Assembly (NCBI GenBank): GCA_963783385.1
Contig: CAWANJ010000009.1
Coordinates: 832,001-896,000 of the forward strand
From: an uncultured Gemmatimonadales bacterium
GTDB lineage: Bacteria; Gemmatimonadota; Gemmatimonadetes; Palauibacterales; Palauibacteraceae
DNA: 64,000 nt
Direction of reading: 5' to 3'
This document shows, one piece after another, positions 49,840 to 59,765 of the stretch. Position 1 is the first letter of the stretch. The number at the start of each line of letters is the position of its first letter. The notes under the pieces were generated by a model. That model searched no databases. It worked only from the letters and a program-made list of their open reading frames with translations, and was not told where the DNA came from. The position numbers and the translations under genes were made by a program.

Positions 49840-51987
49840 ATGCACGGCCCCGCCTCCGAAAGCGTCTCCCGCTCGACCTTCGCGGCCCCCCTCGCCGTCC
49901 TGGTCGTCTCCGCGTGCCTCGCCGGCGCCTCGACGGTCGCGCGCGCCCAGGACGCGAGCGCCGCGCCGAACAGCGAGCGTCTCACCCTCGACAAGTACAT
50001 GGACATGGAGGGCGTGCGGGACCCGAGGCTGTCCCCCTCCGGCCGCGAGATCGCGTACGTGCGGAGCTGGATCGACCCGATGGCCGACAGCCACAAGTCG
50101 GCCGTGTGGATCATGAACGCCGACGGCTCCCGGAATCGCTACCTCGTGGAGGGCGGCTCGCCCCGCTGGTCGCCCTCGGGCGACCGGCTGGCCTTCCTGG
50201 CTTGCGGCACCGCCGGTGGGGACCGCAGCGCCCTCGAAGACTGCGAGGAGGGCTCCCACCGCCAGATCTACGTGCGCATCATGGCGGGAATGGGCGCAGG
50301 CTCGGTGACGCAGGTGACCCGGCTCACCCACAGCGCCTCGGACGTCGCCTGGTCGCCGGACGGCGCGACGCTCGCCTTCCGCTCCTTCGTGCCCTCGCGC
50401 GACAAGTGGACGATCGACCTGCCACACCGTCCCGAGGGCGCGAAGTGGACGCCCGACCCGCGGGTGGTGGACCGCCTGGACTACCGCGCCGACCGCCGCG
50501 GCTTCCTCCCGAAGGGCTTCCGGCACCTGTTCACGGTCCCGTCCACGGGTGGCACGCCCCGGCAGGTCACCGACGGCGAATGGGATGACGGGGCGCCCGC
50601 CTGGAGCCCCGACGGGAAGACCCTCTACTTCGACGGGCTCCGGCTTCCCGACGCGGACTACCATCTGCGGGAGTCCGAGATCTACGCGGTCGACGCGGCC
50701 TCGAAGCGGGTCCGGCAGCTCACCCACCGGCACGGACCCGACCACTCCCCGGTGGTGTCCCCGGACGGCCGTCACATCGCCTACGTGGGGATCGACTCCT
50801 CCCACTGGACCTACTCGGTGCAGAAGCTCTACGTCATGGGAGCCGACGGGTCCGCGGCCCACGCGGTCGAGGGCGACCTGGACCGGAGCCCCTCCGACGT
50901 CACCTGGGCGCCCGGCTCGGACGGCGTGTACTTCACGGTCGCCGACCACGGCGTGCACGACGTGGTCTTCGCCGACCTCCAGGGCCGCGTGCGGCGCGTG
51001 ACCCACGGCGAGCACGTCCTGTCGCTGTCCGACATCGGGAAGGACGGCACGGCCGTCGGGGTGATGTCGACGCCCCACCGGCCGGGCGACATCGTCTCCT
51101 TCGCCCTCGACCACCCCGATCCGCGGTGGCTCACGGCGGTGAACCAGGACGTGCTGGGCGACGTCGAGCTCGGGGAGGTGGAGGAGATCGAGTTCAGGTC
51201 GAAGGACGGCCTCCCGATCCAGGGATGGATCGTCAAGCCACCCGATTTCGACCCGGGGAAGAAGTACCCGCTCATCCTCCACATCCACGGCGGGCCGTGG
51301 GCCATGTACGGTGTGGGGTTCAACTTCTCCTTCCAGGACTTCGCGGCCAACGACTACGTGGTCCTGTACGTCAACCCGCGCGGCTCCACCGGTTACGGCT
51401 CGGACTTCGTGCATGGCATCGAGCACGCCTACCCGGGCCAGGACTTCGACGACCTCGTGGCGGGCGTCGACGCGGTGCTGAAGCGCGGCTACGTGAACCC
51501 GAAGGACCTGTACGTGACCGGCTGCAGCGGCGGAGGGGCGCTTTCGGCCTGGACGGTGGGCCACACGGACCGGTTCGCGGCCGCCGTCGTCCGCTGCCCT
51601 GTGATCGACTGGCTCTCCTTCGTGGGGACGACGGACGGGCCCTACTGGTACCACAACTTCGCCCATTTTCCCTGGGAGGACCCGTCCGAGCACCTGCGGC
51701 GCTCGCCCCTCACGTACGTGGGGAACGTGACCACGCCCACGCTGCTCATGACCGGCGTGCTGGACATGCGCACGCCGATCTCGCAGACGGAGGAGTTCTA
51801 CGACGCGCTCAAGATCCGGAAGGTGCCCACCAAGATGATCCGCATGAACAAGGAGTACCACGGCACCGGGTCGCAGCCGTCCAACTTCCTGCGCACGCAG
51901 CTCTACATCATGAAGTGGTTCGGAGAGTACATGACCGACGACGTCGCCGCGGGCCGCAAGGACGGCCACCTGGCCGGGGGAGCGTAG
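49840..51987 (+). CDS. S9 family serine peptidase with PD40 propeller
   Basis: WSPDG repeats, IHGGP, NPRGSTGYG, GCSGGG nucleophile motif, D.R.P, YHG. Confidence 0.93.
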   Translation: MHGPASESVSRSTFAAPLAVLVVSACLAGASTVARAQDASAAPNSERLTLDKYMDMEGVRDPRLSPSGREIAYVRSWIDPMADSHKSAVWIMNADGSRNRYLVEGGSPRWSPSGDRLAFLACGTAGGDRSALEDCEEGSHRQIYVRIMAGMGAGSVTQVTRLTHSASDVAWSPDGATLAFRSFVPSRDKWTIDLPHRPEGAKWTPDPRVVDRLDYRADRRGFLPKGFRHLFTVPSTGGTPRQVTDGEWDDGAPAWSPDGKTLYFDGLRLPDADYHLRESEIYAVDAASKRVRQLTHRHGPDHSPVVSPDGRHIAYVGIDSSHWTYSVQKLYVMGADGSAAHAVEGDLDRSPSDVTWAPGSDGVYFTVADHGVHDVVFADLQGRVRRVTHGEHVLSLSDIGKDGTAVGVMSTPHRPGDIVSFALDHPDPRWLTAVNQDVLGDVELGEVEEIEFRSKDGLPIQGWIVKPPDFDPGKKYPLILHIHGGPWAMYGVGFNFSFQDFAANDYVVLYVNPRGSTGYGSDFVHGIEHAYPGQDFDDLVAGVDAVLKRGYVNPKDLYVTGCSGGGALSAWTVGHTDRFAAAVVRCPVIDWLSFVGTTDGPYWYHNFAHFPWEDPSEHLRRSPLTYVGNVTTPTLLMTGVLDMRTPISQTEEFYDALKIRKVPTKMIRMNKEYHGTGSQPSNFLRTQLYIMKWFGEYMTDDVAAGRKDGHLAGGA

Positions 51988-52023
51988 GCCCCGCCGCGCG
52001 GAACCCCGGGGGGCGCGGCGGCC

Positions 52024-52515
52024 TCAGCCGAACAGCGCCGCGCCCCCCACCACCAGGACCACCACCCCGACCGAGATCTTGAGCGCCGCCGAAGCGGCCC
52101 GCCCGAGGACGGCCCCCCAGCCCACCCGGGCCGCGGTCGGCGCATGCCGCGTCTCCCACAGGGCCGCGGCCGCCGCTCCGACGAACGTGCCGAGCACGCC
52201 CGCCACCAGGGTGCCCACCACCGGGATCGGCGAGCCGACCGCCGCCCCCACGAATCCGCCCAGGATCGCGCCCCAGAACGCCCACCCCGAGCCCCCGTAG
52301 CGCGCCGAGATCCGCTTCACCAGGGCCCACTCGGCCGCCTCCGCCGCCGCCACCAGGCCGACCAGGAGGGCGAGCGTGACCCACCCGACCCGACCCGCCA
52401 CCGTGCCGGCGATCGGCACCAGGAGCATGAGCCACGTGCCCGGGAGTCCCAGCGGGACGAGGAGGAGGCACAGGGCCATGAAGGCGACGCCGAGCACCAG
52501 CAGGATGGTGGTCAT
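52024..52515 (-). CDS. DUF456-like membrane protein
   Basis: LPGTWL, YGGS.WA.WGA..GG..G, G.FVGA motifs. Confidence 0.75.
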   Translation of the reverse strand: MTTILLVLGVAFMALCLLLVPLGLPGTWLMLLVPIAGTVAGRVGWVTLALLVGLVAAAEAAEWALVKRISARYGGSGWAFWGAILGGFVGAAVGSPIPVVGTLVAGVLGTFVGAAAAALWETRHAPTAARVGWGAVLGRAASAALKISVGVVVLVVGGAALFG

Positions 52516-52640
52516 GGAACGGTGCGCGGGCGCACTCCGTTGAAGGGAGGAGCGGGCTCCGGTCCGGCTTGCGGCCGCCGGGAGCACGCTCCTATGGTGG
52601 CGGAGGCCGGACGGTCGCGCCAGTCCAGGGAGGTATCGCC

Positions 52641-53411
52641 GTGCACGAGCGCCTCGCATCCCGCACGGGCCTCGTCGGCTTCACGGGGCTCATCGCCGCC
52701 GCCCTCGTCGCCGCGTCCGGCGCCCTCCGCCCGGCCGCGGCCCAGGAGCCGGGCACCCTGGTGGGTCGCGTCGTCACCTCCCCCGACCGCGCGCCCGTCG
52801 CGGGGGCCCGTGTGGCCATCGTCGGCGCGCGGGACACGGCCGTCACCGACGAGGACGGCCTGTTTCGATTCCGGGGCCTCTCCGCCGCGCCCCTCGTACT
52901 CCGCATCGAGTACCTGGGCATGCGGTCCCGAGACGTCCCCGTGGATCTCGATCCCCGGGGTCCGTCGTCCCTGGAGGTCGCCGTGCGGATGTCGGTGATC
53001 CCCGTGGCCGAGCTCTTCGTCGCGGTGGACCAGAGCCTGCCGGTGAGCAAGCTGTACGACTTCTACCGGCGCATGGCCCACGGGCACGGCTACTTCTTCA
53101 CGCGCGCGGACGTCCTGCGCAGGCACCCGGCCCGCGTCACGGACCTGCTGCAGCGGGTCCCGGGCATCGACGTGGGCCCGCACCGGCTGGGGCGCATCTC
53201 GGTGACCATGGGGCGCCGGAAGGGCTGCGTGCCCGAGTACTACGTGGATGGGGCCCGGGCGCCCTACTTCGATCTGGACGACCTCCAGCCCGCCGACCTG
53301 GCCGGCCTCGAGGTCTACCGGGGGAACTCAGAGGTCCCACTCGAGTTCAAAGCGTTCGAACAATGCGGAGCGATTATCGTCTGGACGCGGGATCCGGGGG
53401 CCGGACGCTGA
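52641..53411 (+). CDS. Carboxypeptidase-regulatory-like domain plus TonB plug-like domain protein 1
   Basis: TDEDG.FRF, DLLQRVPG, C.P.YYVDG, EVYRG, CGAI.VWT. Confidence 0.75.
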   Translation: MHERLASRTGLVGFTGLIAAALVAASGALRPAAAQEPGTLVGRVVTSPDRAPVAGARVAIVGARDTAVTDEDGLFRFRGLSAAPLVLRIEYLGMRSRDVPVDLDPRGPSSLEVAVRMSVIPVAELFVAVDQSLPVSKLYDFYRRMAHGHGYFFTRADVLRRHPARVTDLLQRVPGIDVGPHRLGRISVTMGRRKGCVPEYYVDGARAPYFDLDDLQPADLAGLEVYRGNSEVPLEFKAFEQCGAIIVWTRDPGAGR

Positions 53412-53478
53412 CCCACGGAGCCCCATGCGCCGGGCGCCCGTGACCGCGCCCCGAACGCACCGGGAGGACGACGAGACC

Positions 53479-54297
53479 GTGCCCCGAACGACCCATGCGC
53501 GACCCTGCCGCCGGAGCCCCACGGCTACCACCCTCCCGGCGATCCTCCTCCTGCTCCTGGCCTCGGCTCTCCCGCTGGGCGCCCAGGACCGGCAGGAGAA
53601 GAGCGAGCTTCCCGTCGACACGACCGCCACCCTGACGGGCACGGTCGTCTCGGCCATGACGGGCGGTCGCCTGGCCAACGCGCGGGTCGTCTTGATCGAG
53701 TCCGGCTTCGGTGCCTTCACGGACAGCACCGGGGCGTTCCGCATTCCCAGGGTCCCGTCCGGGCTGGACACGGTGGAGGTCTCGCTGCTGGGGTACGCCA
53801 GCGCCAAGGCCCCGCTCCTCCTGCAGAAGGGGGCCACCACCACGGCCACCTTCTCGCTGAGCCAGACCGTGCTCAGGGTCGAAGAGCTCCACGTCGAGGT
53901 GAAGCGGGCCGCCGGCATGGGCAAGCTGGCGCAGTTCGACGAGCACCGCCTCCACGGTCTGGGGTTCTACATCACCCCGCAGATGATCGAGAAGCGCCAC
54001 GCTCAGCACCCCAGCGACCTGCTGCGCATGGTCCCCGGTCTCGAGGTCGGTCCCTACAACCTGGGCCACGCCAACGTCCGGGTGGTCCGGGCCACGCTCA
54101 ACTGCAATCCGCCGATCTACGTGGATGGCATCCTGAGCCCCAGCCTGTCGATCGACGACCTGAACCGTGACGACATCATGGCCATCGAGGTCTACCGCGG
54201 GCCGTCCGAGACGCCGGCGGAGTACGAACAGGGGCGGAACAACTGCGGGGCCGTGGTCGTGTGGACGCAGGCAGGGGGCACGCAGGATGGGCACTGA
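53479..54297 (+). CDS. Carboxypeptidase-regulatory-like domain plus plug-like domain protein 2
   Basis: Same architecture; SDLLRMVPG, IEVYRGPSETP, CGAVVVWT. Confidence 0.75.
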   Translation: MPRTTHARPCRRSPTATTLPAILLLLLASALPLGAQDRQEKSELPVDTTATLTGTVVSAMTGGRLANARVVLIESGFGAFTDSTGAFRIPRVPSGLDTVEVSLLGYASAKAPLLLQKGATTTATFSLSQTVLRVEELHVEVKRAAGMGKLAQFDEHRLHGLGFYITPQMIEKRHAQHPSDLLRMVPGLEVGPYNLGHANVRVVRATLNCNPPIYVDGILSPSLSIDDLNRDDIMAIEVYRGPSETPAEYEQGRNNCGAVVVWTQAGGTQDGH

Positions 54298-55150
54298 GGT
54301 GGCCGGACGGGACGGGCGCGCGGGGCGGGTCGCCGGGCTCGCGTTCCTTGCCTGCACGCTGCTCCTGCCGGCCGGCGCCACGGCCCAGCAGTCGGGCGCC
54401 GATACCGCCACCACGGCGGGCCCGGACACGGCCGGAACGGCCATCCCGGCCGGGGAGCGCACGTCGACCCTGGAGGGCCAGGTCGTCTCGGCCATGACGG
54501 GAGGCCCCCTGCCCAACGCGCTCGTGTCGCTCGGGGGAACCAGGCTCGGCGCCTACTCGGACAGCACCGGGCACTTCGTCATCCAGGACGCTCCGGCCGG
54601 TCTCCTGCCCGTGAAGGTCCGCCTGATCGGCTTCGCCAACCAGCAGGTCCAGGTGCGGCTCCAGCCGAGCGCCATCACGCACGTCACCCTGCTCCTCAGC
54701 CAGACCGTGCTGCGGGTGGAGGCGCTCCACGTGGAGGTCAAGGCGGCCCCCACCGAGACCAAGGAGCTCAAGGGGTTCTACGCGCGCATGCACCGCACGG
54801 CCGGCTTCTTCATCACGCCGCAGATGGTCAAGAAGCTGGCCCCAGAGCACCCGAGCGACCTGCTGCGGGTCGTGCCGGGCGTGCAGGTCGGGCCGTGGCA
54901 GCTGGGCGAGGGCGCGCCGGTCTACTTCACCCGCAGCCGCATGGACTGCAACGCCTATCTGATCGTGGACGGCCTGCGCGAGCGTGGCATGACCATCGAC
55001 GACCTCAACGAGGCCGACATCCTGGCCATCGAGGTCTACCACGGTCCCTCCGAGACGCCCCCCGCCTTCCGGTTCCAGGAGGGCTCGTGCGGCACGATCG
55101 TCGTATGGACCAGGAGCGGGGGCGCCCCGGCCGACACGACGGGAGATTGA
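54287..55150 (+). CDS. Carboxypeptidase-regulatory-like domain plus plug-like domain protein 3
   Basis: Close paralog of the previous gene (VVSAMTGG, LSQTVLRVE.LHVEVK). Confidence 0.75.
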   Translation: MGTEVAGRDGRAGRVAGLAFLACTLLLPAGATAQQSGADTATTAGPDTAGTAIPAGERTSTLEGQVVSAMTGGPLPNALVSLGGTRLGAYSDSTGHFVIQDAPAGLLPVKVRLIGFANQQVQVRLQPSAITHVTLLLSQTVLRVEALHVEVKAAPTETKELKGFYARMHRTAGFFITPQMVKKLAPEHPSDLLRVVPGVQVGPWQLGEGAPVYFTRSRMDCNAYLIVDGLRERGMTIDDLNEADILAIEVYHGPSETPPAFRFQEGSCGTIVVWTRSGGAPADTTGD

Positions 55151-55184
55151 GCGTCGGCCCGGCGCCGGCGCGCGCGGCGGCCGC

Positions 55185-55601
55185 CTAGGGCTCGATCTCG
55201 ATCTCGACCTGCGCGGTCTCGCGGAGCTCGGGGTCCAGCGAGTGGTAGACGCTGCAGTACCTGTCCAGCGACAGCGCCACGGCCCGTTCCACCTTCGCCC
55301 GGTCCACGTCGCCCCGCACCCTGAAGCGCAGGCGCAGCCGGGTGTAGCGCCGCGGCGGCTCCTCCCTCCGCTCGCCCCCCATCTCCACCGTGAGCCCCTC
55401 CAGCGGCTGGCGGCCCTTGCGCAGGATGTCGACCACGTCGATGGCCGAGCAGGCACCGATGGCCTCGAGGAGCAGCTGCGTGGGCGAGGCTCCCGCCTGG
55501 CCGTCCCCGTCGATCGACGTCACCTTGCCGCCCCGCGTGACTCCCTCCAGCCGGAAGTCGTCCTGCCACGTCAGGCTCACGATCGCGTCCCGTCGGTCCA
55601 T
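55185..55601 (-). CDS. OsmC family protein
   Basis: SP.QLLL.AIGACSAIDVV.IL.K and SL.RYCSV. Confidence 0.9.
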   Translation of the reverse strand: MDRRDAIVSLTWQDDFRLEGVTRGGKVTSIDGDGQAGASPTQLLLEAIGACSAIDVVDILRKGRQPLEGLTVEMGGERREEPPRRYTRLRLRFRVRGDVDRAKVERAVALSLDRYCSVYHSLDPELRETAQVEIEIEP

Positions 55602-55778
55602 GCCGGCCTCTCTCCCGCTCGCCTCGATCGCCTCTCGCCCCGCCCACGTTGCGGAGCCTCCGCGAGGCAGGAATGTTGAGAGGGACGGACCCGGCCGCCA
55701 CCGGGGCCCCTGCACGGGACCCGCCCCTGAAACCCGCCCTCGGATGGACTCGTAGGTTGGGGTGGAGGTGATGCTGAC

Positions 55779-56054
55779 ATGATCGACATGCTGATGATGG
55801 GCATAGCCGGCGCGGGCGTGGTGACGAGCTACCTCACCGTGCGCCGGTTCGTGCGGGACCGACTTCGCTACGTGGATGCGGTGCGCAAGCCGTCGGCGCC
55901 CTTCGTGGCCGGCGCGGTGGCCACCCTGGCGGCGGCGCCCGTGGCGTGGCTCCTCCCCGTGATCGGAGGCGGCTCGGCGCTGCTGTTCGGCGTGGCCGTA
56001 GGCGCCGGAGTCGTTTCGGGCCGCCGCGACATGAAGCGGCTGCCGCCCGGCTGA
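55779..56054 (+). CDS. Small membrane protein
   Basis: GGAGGTG RBS; hydrophobic helices; RRFVRDRLRYVDAV. Confidence 0.6.
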   Translation: MIDMLMMGIAGAGVVTSYLTVRRFVRDRLRYVDAVRKPSAPFVAGAVATLAAAPVAWLLPVIGGGSALLFGVAVGAGVVSGRRDMKRLPPG

Positions 56055-56145
56055 CCCTCCGCCGGCGGCCCTTGCCGCCGCGAGGTGAGCCCCCGACCTT
56101 GCGCCGCTCTCGGGCGGTCCGGGTTCCGCGGCGCGGAGGACGAGG

Positions 56146-57105
56146 TTGGGGGGAGATGGACTCCAGGAGCGGGCGGAGGGCTGGCGCGTGCGTGCGGCCC
56201 TCGCCGTCGTGTACCTGGTGTGGGGCTCCACCTTCCTGGCCATCCGCTACGCCGTCCGCACCCTCCCTCCCCTGCTCATGGCCGGCGCGCGCTACTCCAT
56301 CGCCGGCGGCATCCTGTACGGATTCCTCCGCCTGAAGGGCGCCCGTCCGCCGTCGCGGTCGCAGTGGCTCAGCGCCCTGGTGGTGGGAGCCCTCATGATC
56401 GGGCTCGGGAACGGTCTCCTCACCTGGTCGGAGCTCGTGGTCCCCTCTGGCACGGCCGCCCTCCTGGTCGCTGCCATGCCGTTGTGGATGGTGCTGCTGG
56501 ACTGGCTCGTCTTCGGCGGGCGGAGGCCGCGCCTTCCGGTCGGCCTGGGCCTGGTGGCGGGATTCGCCGGAGTGGCCCTTCTCCTCGGTCCCTCGCGCGG
56601 CTCGGGCGGGGGGCACGCCGCCCTGCTCAGCGGCTTCGCGATCCTGGTCGGCACCCTCGGGTGGGCCTACGGGTCCCTGTGGTCGCGGGGCGCCGCCATG
56701 GCCGACCCGCCGCTCCTCGGAACGGCGTCGCACATGCTCGCCGGCGGCCTCCTCCTCGTGGCCGCGGGCCTCGCCCTGGGAGAGGGCGGTGACCTGTCCG
56801 TGCGCGCCGCCTCGACGCGGTCGCTTCTCAGCTTCGCCTATCTCATCGTGCTCGGGTCGCTGGTCACCTACACGACCTACATGTGGCTGCTACGCCACGC
56901 GCAGGCGTCGCTGGTCAGCACCTACGCCTACGTGAATCCCGTGGTGGCCGTGTTCCTGGGATGGCTGCTGGCCGGCGAGGCCGTCACGGCCCGCACCCTG
57001 GTGGCGGCGACCGTCATCGTCGGGGCCGTGGCCCTCATCGTCACCTTTCGGAGGGCCGGCCCCCGGCCGCCGGCGCGTTCGCTGACGAGGGCGGCCGGTA
57101 CGTAG
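56146..57105 (+). CDS. EamA/DMT transporter (YedA-like)
   Basis: VYLVWGSTFLAI and YAYVNPVVAVFLG. Confidence 0.93.
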   Translation: MGGDGLQERAEGWRVRAALAVVYLVWGSTFLAIRYAVRTLPPLLMAGARYSIAGGILYGFLRLKGARPPSRSQWLSALVVGALMIGLGNGLLTWSELVVPSGTAALLVAAMPLWMVLLDWLVFGGRRPRLPVGLGLVAGFAGVALLLGPSRGSGGGHAALLSGFAILVGTLGWAYGSLWSRGAAMADPPLLGTASHMLAGGLLLVAAGLALGEGGDLSVRAASTRSLLSFAYLIVLGSLVTYTTYMWLLRHAQASLVSTYAYVNPVVAVFLGWLLAGEAVTARTLVAATVIVGAVALIVTFRRAGPRPPARSLTRAAGT

Positions 57106-57140
57106 ACGGCACCGGGCCGGGATCGGCTCGCCGGCTTCCG

Positions 57141-58625
57141 TCAGGCCCCGGGGAGTCCGCCGAACACGACGGGCAGGAGGAGCCAGGTCGCCAGCACCAG
57201 GAGCCCCAGGAAGAGGGCGTTGAGGAGGATCCCGGCCCGGGCCATCTGCGGCACCGTGAGGGCACCGCTACCGTAGACGATGGCGTTGGGCGGCGTGGCC
57301 ACCGGCAGCATGAAGGCGCAGCTCGCCGCCACCGCGGCCGGGACGACCAGCGACATCGGCGCCAGCCCGACCCCGACGGCGACCGAGGCGAGCACCGGCA
57401 GGAAGGCCGCGGCCGTGGCCGTGTTGCTGGTGAGCTCGGTGAGCAGGATCACGATCGCCGCCGTCACGGCCACCAGGGCGAGAGGCGGCACCCCCGCCAG
57501 GGAGCGCGCCACGCCCCCGATCGCCTCGGTGAGGCCGGATGACTGGAACGCCGACGCCAGGCTGAGCCCGCCCCCGAACAGGAGCAGCACGCCCCACGGC
57601 AACCCGCGGGCATCCTCCCAGTCCAGGAGCGCCTCCCCCGACCCGCCCCCGGCCGGGAGGAGGAAGAGCAGCACGCCCCCGCCCACGCCGATGCCCGCGT
57701 CGGAGAGCCCCGCCACCAGCCGGCCGAGCAGCGGGCGCGTCACCCACAGGAGGGCGACGACCACGAACACGACGGCCACCCGCCGCTCGGGCCCGCGCAG
57801 CGGTCCGAGCGCGCTCCGCTGCCGCCGCAGGAGCTCCCGCCCACCCTCGATGGACTCGCTCCCCAGCCTCGTCACCAGGCGGGTGAGGACGAGGTAGGCG
57901 AGCGGCAGGCCGACCAGGACGAGCGGCACGCCGAACGCCATCCAGCGGGCGAAGCCGATGCGGACGCCGTACTCCTCGGACATGAAGGCGGCCAGGAAGG
58001 CGTTGGGAGGGGTGCCGATGAGGGTGCCCAGCCCGCCTATGCTGGCCGAGTAGGCGATCCCGAGCATGAGCGCCACGGCGAGGTCGCTCCGGCCCGATTC
58101 GTCCGGCTCGAGCAGCTCCAGGACCGACAGGCCGATCGGGAGCATGATCATGGCGGTCGCGGTGTTGCTCACCCACATGCTGAGGAGCGCGGTGGCCAGC
58201 ATGAAGCCGCCCACCACCCCGCGCGGCGATGTCCCGGAGAAGCCCACCACCCGGAGCGCGATGCGTCGCGGGAGCCCCCACCTCTCCATCCCGCGCGCCA
58301 GCAGAAAGCCGCCCAGGAACAGGAACACGAGGTCGTTCGCGTAGGGAGCGGCCGCCGCGCCGATCTCGGCGATGCCGAGGGGCGGGAACAGCACGATCGG
58401 AAGGAGCGAGGTGACCGGAATCGGCAGGGCCTCCGTCACCCACCATGTGGCCATGAGCATGGCGCAGGCGGCCGTCCGCCACGCCGCCACCGTCATCCCG
58501 CCGGGCGGCTGGATCACGAGGCCGACCGCCAGGAACGCGAGGCCGAGGCCGAGGCCCACCCGACGCCTGACCGGCCCGGCCCGCCCGAAGCCGCCCCCCC
58601 GCGTGCCACCCGGCGCCATCCCCAT
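57141..58625 (-). CDS. SLC13/DASS sodium-coupled anion symporter
   Basis: SMWVSNTAT, GTLIGTPPN, TSNTAT, AFMLPVATPPNAIVY. Confidence 0.95.
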   Translation of the reverse strand: MGMAPGGTRGGGFGRAGPVRRRVGLGLGLAFLAVGLVIQPPGGMTVAAWRTAACAMLMATWWVTEALPIPVTSLLPIVLFPPLGIAEIGAAAAPYANDLVFLFLGGFLLARGMERWGLPRRIALRVVGFSGTSPRGVVGGFMLATALLSMWVSNTATAMIMLPIGLSVLELLEPDESGRSDLAVALMLGIAYSASIGGLGTLIGTPPNAFLAAFMSEEYGVRIGFARWMAFGVPLVLVGLPLAYLVLTRLVTRLGSESIEGGRELLRRQRSALGPLRGPERRVAVVFVVVALLWVTRPLLGRLVAGLSDAGIGVGGGVLLFLLPAGGGSGEALLDWEDARGLPWGVLLLFGGGLSLASAFQSSGLTEAIGGVARSLAGVPPLALVAVTAAIVILLTELTSNTATAAAFLPVLASVAVGVGLAPMSLVVPAAVAASCAFMLPVATPPNAIVYGSGALTVPQMARAGILLNALFLGLLVLATWLLLPVVFGGLPGA

Positions 58626-58946
58626 GCAGCCTCCCGCGTGCTGGCGTCACGCCCGGACGGGATCCGCGTCCCGCCCCGCGCCCGCCAACCTACGGCCGCC
58701 TCCGCCGGCTGTCTCCCCACCCGCGTGCAGCCTCGAGGCGGGGCCGATAACATGAACGTCGGTTCCACGTCCCGACACCAGACGGATTTCGGCACCCGAT
58801 GGAGGCGAGCATGCGCGAGCCGATCTACCTGACCCTCCTCCTGAGCGCCGCCGTGGCGGACACCACGGTGACGTACGGAACCGTGGACGGCCGGACGCGC
58901 ACGCTGGCCTTCCTGGACGAGCACCTGAACAGCGGGGCCTGACCGC

Positions 58947-59765
58947 GTGGAGATCCGACCCCTCGCATCCTGGAGCGAGTACCGGGCCTGCGAGGCCGTG
59001 CAGCGCGAGGTGTGGGGGGAGGCGTTCACCGAGCTGGCCCCGGCCAGTCTCCTCAAGATCGCCCAGCACGTCGGTGGGGTGACCTCGGGGGCCTTCGACG
59101 AGACGGGGGCGCTGGTGGGATTCGTGTACGGGCTCACCGGCCTCGAGCACGGCCGGCCGGTGCACTGGTCCCACATGCTCGCCGTGCGCGGGACCCACCG
59201 CGGGCGGGGCCTGGGGAGGGCCCTGAAGCGACACCAGCGCGAGCGGCTCGTGGCGGCCGGCATCGAGATCTGCTACTGGACCTATGACCCTATCATGTCG
59301 TCGAATGCACACCTCAACCTGAACCATTTTCTAGCAAGAGTGGATCGCTACGTGGTGGACATGTACGGGGAGACCGGCAGCCACCTGCACGAGGGGCTGG
59401 GCACCGACCGGTTCGTGGTGGTGTGGCCTCTGGACGAAAGCGCGCCGGACCCGTTCGACGCCGCGGACCCGGAGCGCGCCCTGCGCGAGGCCGAGCTCGG
59501 GAGGCACGCGGCGGCGGCGCTGGCCAATCCCGGCGGCGCGGACGACGCCCCGCTCCCCGACGGCCCGGCGGTCCGGGTGGCGATTCCGGCCGACGTCCTC
59601 GCCGTGCGCCACCGGGACCCCGGGGCCGCCCGCCGGTGGCGCACCTCCACGCGCCGCGCCTTCCGTCACTACCTGGGGGCTGGCTACCGGGTGGCGGGCT
59701 ACCTGCCCCCGGCCCCCGGCGACCCGGAGGGGCACTACGTCCTGCTCCGCGGTGAACGCCTGTGA
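58947..59765 (+). CDS. GNAT acyltransferase associated with OSBS/NAAAR
   Basis: HWSHMLAV...RGRGLG.ALK..QR, WTYDP...NA.LN, TDRF. Confidence 0.85.
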   Translation: MEIRPLASWSEYRACEAVQREVWGEAFTELAPASLLKIAQHVGGVTSGAFDETGALVGFVYGLTGLEHGRPVHWSHMLAVRGTHRGRGLGRALKRHQRERLVAAGIEICYWTYDPIMSSNAHLNLNHFLARVDRYVVDMYGETGSHLHEGLGTDRFVVVWPLDESAPDPFDAADPERALREAELGRHAAAALANPGGADDAPLPDGPAVRVAIPADVLAVRHRDPGAARRWRTSTRRAFRHYLGAGYRVAGYLPPAPGDPEGHYVLLRGERL

